Source: a virus (taxonomy: Duplodnaviria; Caudoviricetes). From it: a DNA stretch of 53,283 nucleotides. The DNA lies in IMG/VR virus record IMGVR_UViG_3300032053_000104, positions 1 through 53,283 of that record; one strand, 5' to 3'. Under the pieces are notes generated by a model. That model was not told the origin of the DNA. It saw only the letters and a list, made by a program, of their open reading frames with translations, and ran no database searches. The position numbers were made by a program, and so were the translations under genes. Below, piece by piece: positions 29,898 through 38,199 of the stretch. Position 1 is the first letter of the stretch; every line of letters begins with the position of its first letter.

Positions 29898-32240
29898 ATG
29901 TCATTAATCAAATTAACAGAAGATAAATTTGAAAGATTTACTCTTGTTACAAATCCTACAAGAACATATGCGTCATCGTCCGATGGCATAACTGGTTCTG
30001 TTTCTTTATTCTCCAGAGAAAATAGAATTCTCAAAGAAACAGAACCATATCTATCGGGTAATCATTTTGATGACACAGTAGGCGTTGAGCAGGAACTACA
30101 GTCGCTTCGAAGCTCATTTGCTAATGGCACAAATGTATTTGGCGCAGCTTCTCAATACATGAACGCTGTGTCATCAGAATCGCTTAGTGCAAGAAATAGT
30201 AAAACAATTGATGTAACACGCTTTACACCAGGTACGTCAATTAATGTCAATATGCTTAAAAAGCAAACAATACAAAATGTTTTATTGCCAAACTATCGCG
30301 GCACTTATCCTTCATCTGATTATGCTTACACAAATTATCATTCTATAAATTTTTTTACTGCATCATCTGTTTACTCGTCAACAGCTTTTATTTATCCCAT
30401 CTCTTATAGCGGAACAACACCAATGAGTTATGCACCGACGAGTGCATTTACTCTTGACTTCTATATTAATCCAAGATATAGAACACCTACTATTAGCGGA
30501 TTTAAAGCAGGCACAATTTTTCATATTTCTTCAACTCTAGCACTTTCATTAGTAACTGGGTCGGGAGTTGATCAAAACGGTATTGCATCAAGCTTTAGAC
30601 TAATGCTCCAGCTTAGCGCAAGCGCCGACATAGCACCTTCTTTAATTGCATTAACTGGTACGAATAATTCAAGACCCGTTCCGCAAGATCTTGTCTTTCT
30701 TTCAAATGACAATGTTCTAAAATATAATACTTGGCATCACGTAGCAATACGCTGGGGCACAAGCACAGTGAATAGAGGCACTGGGTCTTTTTATATTGAT
30801 CGCGTATTGCAAGGTGAATTCAAAGTACCATCGTCATCTATCTACGGTTGTATTGGAACTGGCAATGCAGGCGCATTAATACTTGGCAATTATTACAATG
30901 GAACAACTAATAGTACTACTAAGAGTATGCATAGATTTTTTAATGCAACTGCGGCGGCAGCTGAAGGCGTAAAGCAGTATTCAGCTGCTACTGTCGATCC
31001 TGCAGCAGTTGTGTTTGATCATCCTTTAAATGCTGAATTAGCTGATGTGAAGATGTTTGGCACTTTTAGAACATTTCCACAAATAGCAACGTCATCTTAT
31101 TACGGCCCTGGCAATCTTAACGACTTGATGTTTTATGTACCTGCTTTTTTCACAAAGCAGTCAAAAGCAAGAAAAGTGCTAAGAACGCCTTTTTATTCTT
31201 CGACTCAAGAAACAAATGATCCTTTTAATACACAGTTTTCTTTTGCAGTCGATGGCCATATTCTTAATTTAGAAAATTTTACAAGAGAGTTTGTTAAGGG
31301 CGAATATCCTCGACTTTATAATCTAACAGCATCTGTTTATACGGGATCACAGGTTGCAGGTAGACATGCAAACAATTATATGTACAGCGATTGGCAGATA
31401 AGAAAAAGAAATTTGACAATTTTGCCATGTGATAACGGCAAGTTTATACCAAATTTTGAGCTTCTAATGTCAGGAACGAGTGAAATATCACCTACTTCTG
31501 GGTCTATCATGGACAGATTTGTGACAGACACTGGCGGAAGAAATCTTCAATTAATAACACTTGGAAATCTTATATCAACTGGAGTGCTGCTTACAAGTGT
31601 ATCGGGTGGTTTAGAAGTAGAAATCTATGGTGCATCACCAGAAGATCCTACCATTATACCAAGTACAGTGCCATGTGTCTTTCAGAGAACAAGAGATTCA
31701 TCATCGAATGATATCGTCATATTTGATATTTCAAATATGTTTTATGGTAGAAGAATACTGCCAGGTTCTTTGACTATAACTGATGCTGCATTGACAGGAT
31801 CAAGCGGAAAAGTCGGAATGACTTTGCAAGACGACGGCCACGGAACACTATATCGTGCTGATGCCGTGGGAGATCATGCAAAATGGAATTCAGTCGGGAC
31901 AGTATTTTATAATGAAGGGATTGTTGTAATAAAGTCGCCAAACATACCTCTCTTTGGAAAGGATTCATTTGAACTAGAGTTCAAAGGTGAAAGACAGATT
32001 TATGTGCAAAGAGTTAATGTAACTGCGCCAGGCGGAATGATTAATTCTTCTTCCAATCCCAACTTTGTTGATTCGCCGCCGACAGGAAATGCAAATGATG
32101 CAGACGAAAGTTTCGTTTACATAACTGGCATCTTGCTGCATGATGAAAATATGAATGTTGTCGCGCGAACAAATTTAGCGCAGCCGATCATTAAGCGTAG
32201 CACGGATAAAATACAATTCAGAATTAAGTTGGACTGGTAA
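29898..32240 (+). CDS. Virion protein with LamG-like domain; C-terminus paralogous to 28415..29647
   Basis: 'NTWHHVAIRW' LamG-like; 'VGTVFYNEGIVVI' and 'YITGILLHDENMNVVARTNLAQPIIKR..FRIKLDW' parallel 'VGNIFYDQGIAVF' and '..LRLRLDF'. Confidence 0.55.
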   Translation: MSLIKLTEDKFERFTLVTNPTRTYASSSDGITGSVSLFSRENRILKETEPYLSGNHFDDTVGVEQELQSLRSSFANGTNVFGAASQYMNAVSSESLSARNSKTIDVTRFTPGTSINVNMLKKQTIQNVLLPNYRGTYPSSDYAYTNYHSINFFTASSVYSSTAFIYPISYSGTTPMSYAPTSAFTLDFYINPRYRTPTISGFKAGTIFHISSTLALSLVTGSGVDQNGIASSFRLMLQLSASADIAPSLIALTGTNNSRPVPQDLVFLSNDNVLKYNTWHHVAIRWGTSTVNRGTGSFYIDRVLQGEFKVPSSSIYGCIGTGNAGALILGNYYNGTTNSTTKSMHRFFNATAAAAEGVKQYSAATVDPAAVVFDHPLNAELADVKMFGTFRTFPQIATSSYYGPGNLNDLMFYVPAFFTKQSKARKVLRTPFYSSTQETNDPFNTQFSFAVDGHILNLENFTREFVKGEYPRLYNLTASVYTGSQVAGRHANNYMYSDWQIRKRNLTILPCDNGKFIPNFELLMSGTSEISPTSGSIMDRFVTDTGGRNLQLITLGNLISTGVLLTSVSGGLEVEIYGASPEDPTIIPSTVPCVFQRTRDSSSNDIVIFDISNMFYGRRILPGSLTITDAALTGSSGKVGMTLQDDGHGTLYRADAVGDHAKWNSVGTVFYNEGIVVIKSPNIPLFGKDSFELEFKGERQIYVQRVNVTAPGGMINSSSNPNFVDSPPTGNANDADESFVYITGILLHDENMNVVARTNLAQPIIKRSTDKIQFRIKLDW

Positions 32241-32241
32241 A

Positions 32242-32817
32242 GTGGAACAAATAGTGTTAGGCCTAGATATCTCAACAAAGACTGTAGGGTGGTCTCTTAT
32301 ACACCCGGCAAGTTTTTTGCCAACGCTTGGGTATATCACATTAGGCGATTATAAAAATCTCTACCAGAAGGCATCTGAGTTCAAGCGCCAAATCGAAAAA
32401 ATCATTATTGAAAATAATGTTACGCACATAGCTATTGAAGAAGATTTAAAGAAATTTACTCGTGGAAAGTCTTCTGCCACGACAATACAGATATTATCAA
32501 AATTCAATGGAATGTCTTCTTATATAGTTTATGACATTATGGGTAAACCACCAATTCATATCAATGTAACAGATGCCAGAAAATTAGCAAAGTGTAAGAT
32601 TGTTAGACAAAAAACGAAGAAAGATAAAAAAGTAAAACAGCAAGTATTTGAACAAATAACTGAAAAGTTGAATGAGTATCCCTGGCCGAAGAAGAAAATG
32701 AAATCTGGACCCCGTAAGGGGGAAGAAGTCATGATCGATGAATGCTACGATATGGTTGATGCGTATGTAATATCCATTGCGGGAAAGATTCTTATAACCA
32801 AAATCGAAGAAAGTTAA
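32242..32817 (+). CDS. RuvC-like Holliday junction resolvase
   Basis: RNase H-fold motifs 'VLGLDISTKTVGWS', 'IAIEE', 'YDMVDAYVI'. Confidence 0.8.
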   Translation: MEQIVLGLDISTKTVGWSLIHPASFLPTLGYITLGDYKNLYQKASEFKRQIEKIIIENNVTHIAIEEDLKKFTRGKSSATTIQILSKFNGMSSYIVYDIMGKPPIHINVTDARKLAKCKIVRQKTKKDKKVKQQVFEQITEKLNEYPWPKKKMKSGPRKGEEVMIDECYDMVDAYVISIAGKILITKIEES

Positions 32818-32831
32818 AACTATTATTTTGA

Positions 32832-32840
32832 TGTTATAAT
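32832..32840 (+). promoter_or_regulatory. Candidate extended -10 promoter (TGTTATAAT) for a near-leaderless primase transcript
   Basis: TGnTATAAT lies 6 nt upstream of the GTG start at 32847; no SD visible in the 29 nt gap. Confidence 0.45.
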
Positions 32841-32846
32841 TGAATT

Positions 32847-33836
32847 GTGAATATTCCTGCAAAAATCGCATTTCTTAAGCATGCGTTTAATGGCGCAAAT
32901 ATTGCACATGATGGTGTGAATATTGCTGTTGCGTGTCCAAATCAAGAATGTCTTTCTTCAAAAGAAGGAAAGCGGAAATTTTCAATTCATGTCGGAACTG
33001 ATAAATCACATTGTTGGGTTTGCGGATTTAAAACTAAGAAGAATTTATTACCTGCTTTAAGAAAAGTGTGCTCTCGCGAAGAATTGCGAGAATATATGGA
33101 TAAATTTCTTCCCGATGCTGCATCTTTAAAGGATGCTTACGATCTGGAGGAAATAAAAGATAATGAAATTGTTAAAATTCCTGATGACTTTAAGTTATTA
33201 GCTTCAAATATGACTTCACGTGATCCAATTATAAAAGAATCAATAACATATTTGTTTAAACGCGGCCTCTATGAGCGTGACTTGTGGTATTATAAATTCG
33301 GCGTATCACAACACAGTCAATTTCATAGAAGGGTAATTATGCCATCTTTTGACGAAGACGGAAATTTAAATTACTTCACTGCGAGGGCAATTGATGACAA
33401 AACACGGCTAAAGTATTTTAATGCGACGGCAGATAAGATCGTGAATATCTTTAATGAGGTCAATATCGACTGGAGTCAACCTCTTACAATCGTAGAAGGC
33501 CCATTTGATCTCACAAAATGCGATGATAATGCAACGTGTTTGTTGGGATCAACTCTCTCTGAAGATTATTTACTTTTTTGGAAAATTGTTCAAAATAAAA
33601 CACCTGTTTTACTTGGTTTAGACGCTGACGTGCAGAAGAAAACAGCCAAGTTAGTGAAGCTACTTCAGTCATATGACGTTGATGTCAAAATTATTGATAC
33701 GGGAAATTTCGCCGATATCGGCGAAATGACGAAAGAAGATTTTTTGGTATCAAAGCAAAATGCATGTGCCTTAAGTGATTCTGATATTTTAAGAAACAAG
33801 ATATCATCGATGTCGATGAAAACGAAAAGAACATAA
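32847..33836 (+). CDS. DNA primase (DnaG/gp61-like)
   Basis: Zn-binding 'CPNQEC...HCWVCG', 'YLFKRG', 'RVIMPSFDEDGNLNYFTARAI', TOPRIM 'IVEGPFD' and 'LGLDAD'. Confidence 0.9.
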   Translation: MNIPAKIAFLKHAFNGANIAHDGVNIAVACPNQECLSSKEGKRKFSIHVGTDKSHCWVCGFKTKKNLLPALRKVCSREELREYMDKFLPDAASLKDAYDLEEIKDNEIVKIPDDFKLLASNMTSRDPIIKESITYLFKRGLYERDLWYYKFGVSQHSQFHRRVIMPSFDEDGNLNYFTARAIDDKTRLKYFNATADKIVNIFNEVNIDWSQPLTIVEGPFDLTKCDDNATCLLGSTLSEDYLLFWKIVQNKTPVLLGLDADVQKKTAKLVKLLQSYDVDVKIIDTGNFADIGEMTKEDFLVSKQNACALSDSDILRNKISSMSMKTKRT

Positions 33837-33837
33837 A

Positions 33838-33966
33838 TTTAGGAGAGTTGTACAAATTCACAAGAAATGGATCACAGATCGAGAACAAGATATATGGTTT
33901 GCTGAAAACAGTTTGAAACTCATAAGAATTACAGACGCGGAATTTAAAAACGGGAGACGATTATGA
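33838..33966 (+). pseudogene. C-terminal remnant of a Vsr/DUF559-like endonuclease (not in the ORF track)
   Basis: Hand translation: FRRVVQIHKKWITDREQDIWFAENSLKLIRITDAEFKNGRRL*. No ATG start; its TGA overlaps the next ATG (ATGA). Confidence 0.6.
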
Positions 33967-34625
33967 AATGTGTTCATATGGCAGATATTCATTGGAGGGG
34001 AATGGCGCGCCACAAAGAATATCGAGAAGCATTCACTAAGTGTTTCGCACAGCTAAACGCAATAAATCCTGATATCATCTATATTGGCGGCGACATTGTT
34101 CATAGCAAGACACAAGGAATATCACCAGAGTTGATTGAAAATTTGGCGTGGTGGTTTACAGAATTAGCAAAAATTGCGCCTACACATGTTATTCTTGGAA
34201 ATCACGATGGCATTCTTACTAATGAAGATCGTCAAGACACAATTACACCCGTAATTGAAGCACTTAATAATCCAAGAATAACGCTTTATAAGCAGAGCGG
34301 CCTTTATCCAACTGGCATAAAGGGCTTTAATTGGGCAGTTTTTTCATGTTTTGATGAAAAATCATGGAAAGATGTCAAACCACGCTTGGGCGATGTCAAT
34401 ATTGCCTTATTTCATGGTGCTGTCTGGGGATCAATGACAGATGCTGATTGGAAGCTAGAGGGCGAAACAGACGTCAAATTTTTTGATGGTTATGATATGG
34501 TAATGCTTGGAGACATACACAAAATGCAAAGTGTCGGCAGCAAAGAAATTGAAATCATTATTGATGAAAAAGATTTGTACCTTTATCCCGACGCAGTTAT
34601 TTTAGAAAAAATAGATGATATTTGA
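33963..34625 (+). CDS. Mre11/SbcD/gp47-like metallophosphoesterase nuclease, N-terminal fragment
   Basis: 'HMADIH', 'GGDIVH', 'ILGNHD', 'LFHG', 'LGDIHK'; ends before the YxGS motif. Confidence 0.9.
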   Translation: MKCVHMADIHWRGMARHKEYREAFTKCFAQLNAINPDIIYIGGDIVHSKTQGISPELIENLAWWFTELAKIAPTHVILGNHDGILTNEDRQDTITPVIEALNNPRITLYKQSGLYPTGIKGFNWAVFSCFDEKSWKDVKPRLGDVNIALFHGAVWGSMTDADWKLEGETDVKFFDGYDMVMLGDIHKMQSVGSKEIEIIIDEKDLYLYPDAVILEKIDDI

Positions 34626-34839
34626 TTTATTCATAATAGAATATGAATTTCAAGGAAAGAAAAAGAAATATTTTCCTGACTTTGCAATAACATACAATGA
34701 CAAGATATGCATAGAAGAAGTCAAGGGATGGGTTCAAAAAAACGATCAAGAAAAGTTTAATATAAAGTGCAAAGCTGCTTTTGATTTTTGTTTTAAAAAC
34801 AGCTTAGTATATGTTATTAGCTTCATGAAAAGGAAATAA
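34615..34839 (+). pseudogene. Short/truncated TnsA-like PD-(D/E)XK endonuclease inserted in the gp47 gene
   Basis: 'IEYEFQGKKKKYFPDFAI...IEEVKGW...KCKAAFDFC' in 74 aa. Confidence 0.7.
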
Positions 34840-34841
34840 AT

Positions 34842-37433
34842 TTGGCAAAGTTAAAAATTAGATTTAAAAAGCCGCATGCATATTATAGTGGTAGCGTTAT
34901 ACAACAAAATCATGGTGAATCAATTGACAAGGGCTTTCTTGTTTGGAATATAAGAAGCCGTGATGACTTTGATGTTGATTTTCACGTTGTAGAACCTGTT
35001 CACCCTTACGTAACGATAGACTGGAAGGGTAATGTTTCTTCAACTGCGGCTCAGGCAAATAATTTCCCATTGGGATCAAGAATTAGAGTTAGATCAAATG
35101 AGGCAATTCACAATGTTGAATGGAAGCAACTAAAAAGCGAACTCGAAAAAACATTTAATGCAGAAGAAGTTGTATCTAAGAATGAACTTGATGCAGACGT
35201 TAAAAAGATTAAAGCGGGTGATGTCGCACTCATGAAGGATGACTTGCGCGACCCTGATACTATGATTGGCATTTTAAATCGTTACTTTGAATCAGAAAAA
35301 GCAACTCCAGAAGAGATGAAGTCGCTTGAATCTGTCGTAAGAGAAACGGTTAAAGCAGCAGCAAAAGATGATGATGTTACGCACGGATCAAAGTGGTCAA
35401 TTAAAAAATTGGAATTTGATAACACATTCATTTATGGTGCAAATAATGTTATCGATTTTCATTCACTTCCGGGTATAACGGGTATCTTTGGTAAAAATGC
35501 TAAAGGAAAATCATCAATCGTCGGAACGCTGATGTATACGCTTTTTAACACAACAGATAGAGGCGCAGTAAAGAATCTTTTTGTTATTAATGCAAGAAAG
35601 AATTACTGTCTTTCAAAGGCAACTGTTGAAGTTAATGGTGAAACATACAGATTTGAAAGACAAACTGTAAAGCATGAAGAACGAGATGGATCTGATGGCG
35701 CTTTGACAAATTTGAACATATTAAGAGTTGACAATGAGGGAAACGTTGTTGAAGATCAAAGCGCAGAACAGAGAAAAGTTTCTGAAACAGTTATAAGAAA
35801 TAAAATCGGTTTAGCAGAAGATTTTCTTTTAACAAGCCTTGCATCGCAAGGAGAAATGAATGCGTTTATTTCTAAAAAGAACACTGCAAGAAAGGCAATT
35901 CTCACAAGATTCTTGGGACTTGATATTTTTGATCGAATGTCAGAGCACCTGCGCGACGAAAGCAAAATCCTTCAGACGCAAATGAAGAAGTTTCCTGATC
36001 GCGATTGGGACGCAATGATAAAAGACAAGCAGGATGAAATTACGAATGCAAATGAAAGAATTGAGCAAATTCAGCAGTTGCTTTTAACGTATCGAGAAAA
36101 AGAAAAGAATGAACAAATAAAACTTCATACAAACTTCCCAGATACAGATAAAATTGTTACGCAGACAGAAGTAGATGATCAAGAAGACGCTGTTATAAGA
36201 ATGCAAAATAAGTTCTCTGCAACAGAGAACAATATTAAGAATGTTAATACAGAAATAGAGAAGATTCGTTTTGATCAATCAGAATTGTCTTCTTTAAAGT
36301 CAAAAATTGACATTGACGCACTCCGCTCGTCTGCAAATTCGCTTAGAGAAATTGAGAAAACACTTGTCAATTTAAAGCACGCACACGAAAAAGAGCTAAC
36401 AACGCTAAAGGGACAAGAGCGATCAGTTGAAAAGTTAAATGAAGTACCTTGCGAAGATTTGTTCCCAACGTGTAAATTCATTAAAGAATCTCATGAAAAT
36501 AAGCTTAAGATTAATGAGCAAAGACAGAAAGCAACTGATACACTTACACAAGTGAATGAAATTCATAAAAGCATTGAAGAACTTAAATTGCTTGATATCG
36601 ATAATCAAATTGACATGTATAACACATACACGTCAAAGGCAAATGTTTATTCTTTGTTATTAGCAAAAAAAGAATCAGAAGCAGTACAGCTTGCAGCGAA
36701 CAATATCGTTCTGCAGACAAAAATTGATGCTGCAAAAAATGAACTTGATGCGCTTAAGAAACAAATAATTAGCGAAGTTGTTAATGAAGAAATTACTAAG
36801 ATGAAGCAGAGCCTTAAGAATCTTCGCAATAAAATTACTGAAATTGATGCAGAGCAGCTTATGATTGCAAGTAGAACGGGCGCATCTATGAATACGATTG
36901 TTGCGCTTGAAGCAGAAAAGTTAACATTTATTGAAACAAAATCAAAATGGAAAATTTATGAATTGTTGATGGGTGCTGTATCTAAGCGCGGCGTACCTTT
37001 GCAAATCATCATGTCACAATTGCCCGCGATTAATGCAGAAATTGCTAAAATTCTACAAAATGTAGTAACATTTACTGTTGAGCTCGAAGCAGACATTAAT
37101 TCAAATGAAATGGATGTATTTATTAACTACGGTGATTCTAGAAGAATTATTGAAGTTGCGTCTGGCATGGAAAAAATGATTGCATCTCTTGCAATACGTG
37201 TAGCGCTTATCAATGTTTCTTCATTGCCAAAAACAGATATGTTGATTATTGATGAAGGCTTTGGCACACTTGATGATACAAATGTTGAAGCATGTAATAG
37301 ATTACTCTTATCACTTAAGAAGTGGTTTAGAAGCATACTGATTATTACACATATTGATGGCGTCAAAGATGTTGTTGACAACGTTATAGACATAACAAGT
37401 GAAGGTTTAGATGCAAGAGTCGTTTATGAATAA
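34842..37433 (+). CDS. Fusion: C-terminal part of Mre11/gp47 nuclease plus Rad50/SbcC/gp46 ABC ATPase
   Basis: N-terminal 'YYSGSVIQQNHGESIDKGFLVW' (SbcD motif); Walker A 'GKNAKGKSS', Q-loop 'LASQG', coiled coil, signature 'ASGMEK', Walker B 'LIIDEGFG', 'IITH'; AGGA RBS plus TTG start. Confidence 0.9.
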   Translation: MAKLKIRFKKPHAYYSGSVIQQNHGESIDKGFLVWNIRSRDDFDVDFHVVEPVHPYVTIDWKGNVSSTAAQANNFPLGSRIRVRSNEAIHNVEWKQLKSELEKTFNAEEVVSKNELDADVKKIKAGDVALMKDDLRDPDTMIGILNRYFESEKATPEEMKSLESVVRETVKAAAKDDDVTHGSKWSIKKLEFDNTFIYGANNVIDFHSLPGITGIFGKNAKGKSSIVGTLMYTLFNTTDRGAVKNLFVINARKNYCLSKATVEVNGETYRFERQTVKHEERDGSDGALTNLNILRVDNEGNVVEDQSAEQRKVSETVIRNKIGLAEDFLLTSLASQGEMNAFISKKNTARKAILTRFLGLDIFDRMSEHLRDESKILQTQMKKFPDRDWDAMIKDKQDEITNANERIEQIQQLLLTYREKEKNEQIKLHTNFPDTDKIVTQTEVDDQEDAVIRMQNKFSATENNIKNVNTEIEKIRFDQSELSSLKSKIDIDALRSSANSLREIEKTLVNLKHAHEKELTTLKGQERSVEKLNEVPCEDLFPTCKFIKESHENKLKINEQRQKATDTLTQVNEIHKSIEELKLLDIDNQIDMYNTYTSKANVYSLLLAKKESEAVQLAANNIVLQTKIDAAKNELDALKKQIISEVVNEEITKMKQSLKNLRNKITEIDAEQLMIASRTGASMNTIVALEAEKLTFIETKSKWKIYELLMGAVSKRGVPLQIIMSQLPAINAEIAKILQNVVTFTVELEADINSNEMDVFINYGDSRRIIEVASGMEKMIASLAIRVALINVSSLPKTDMLIIDEGFGTLDDTNVEACNRLLLSLKKWFRSILIITHIDGVKDVVDNVIDITSEGLDARVVYE

Positions 37434-37749
37434 ATGGTATCCGAGGTTAGGTGACTATCTTTGGCGGGATTGTGTAAATGGTAAGACGACTGATGTCAAC
37501 GATATTAGAATAATCGTTCCTTTAGAAGGTTATGATCCCGTGCCAATGTTTTGTGGAATTTGCGATTTTCCGATGAGAACATCAGATGACTTGCTTTCAT
37601 TTAGAAAATTTGAGTGTTGCGAAGGTTGTATGCTTGAATGGGCAGAGGCACGCCAAATAGAATGGAAAAATGGATGGCGCCCACAAGAAGAAGCTGTCGA
37701 GCAGTATCGCAAGGAAAGAATTCAAAAAGAACAATTGCGTAGAATTTGA
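37426..37749 (+). CDS. Small Cys-rich (putative Zn-binding) hypothetical protein
   Basis: 'CGIC...CCEGC' and 'WKNGWRP'; likely start ATG 37426. Confidence 0.55.
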   Translation: MNKWYPRLGDYLWRDCVNGKTTDVNDIRIIVPLEGYDPVPMFCGICDFPMRTSDDLLSFRKFECCEGCMLEWAEARQIEWKNGWRPQEEAVEQYRKERIQKEQLRRI

Positions 37750-37812
37750 TCTAAGTTTATTAGCAAAGCCATATGTATGAATGGAACTTTGTTAAGAACA
37801 CGAGGATCAATA

Positions 37813-38199
37813 ATGTTATCAGCAAAAGAAATAGACATTCTGGGACAAATAGTTGATACTACGTGGGGTAGATCATCGACTGCAGGTGGTGTTTCAACCA
37901 TGTCTGTAAAAACCAAGATAGCTGCAAATAAAATGACAGTCACGTACACGACAGTCGTAACTGTTGCAACAAATGTAGCATTGCAGCAGCAAATACCGGG
38001 CATGAATGATCAAGGCAAACAAGCAATTGACAAATATATAAAAGTTGTCAAAGATGAATTTAAAGAAAAGGCAAAGCGTACGCTTACAACAAAATTGCTT
38101 GATGCAAAGCCAAATTTAGAAGTTATGTCATTGCAGTCACATGTATCGCCAAGACGTACAGTTATTTTTAGATACATTGCAATTTTTGACATAAAGTAA
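37813..38199 (+). CDS. Hypothetical protein immediately upstream of terminase
   Basis: Start moved to ATG 37813 (GAGG RBS); abuts the terminase start. Confidence 0.55.
   Translation: MLSAKEIDILGQIVDTTWGRSSTAGGVSTMSVKTKIAANKMTVTYTTVVTVATNVALQQQIPGMNDQGKQAIDKYIKVVKDEFKEKAKRTLTTKLLDAKPNLEVMSLQSHVSPRRTVIFRYIAIFDIK

Noticed and set aside
34623-34841. Stop read-through, group I intron or ribosomal bypass joining the gp47 halves (they share a reading frame)
   Set aside because: That frame has several TGA stops and a TAA (34758). The ~220 nt gap is AT-rich, fully occupied by a nuclease fragment and shows no intron core. It is far longer than the 50-nt T4 gene 60 hop, and the downstream half has its own RBS and start. 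Not formally excluded without RNA data.
34540-34880. Split intein at the gp47 break
   Set aside because: No N-terminal Cys/Ser block A, no TxxH and no HN/Q-C/S/T junction in either added peptide.
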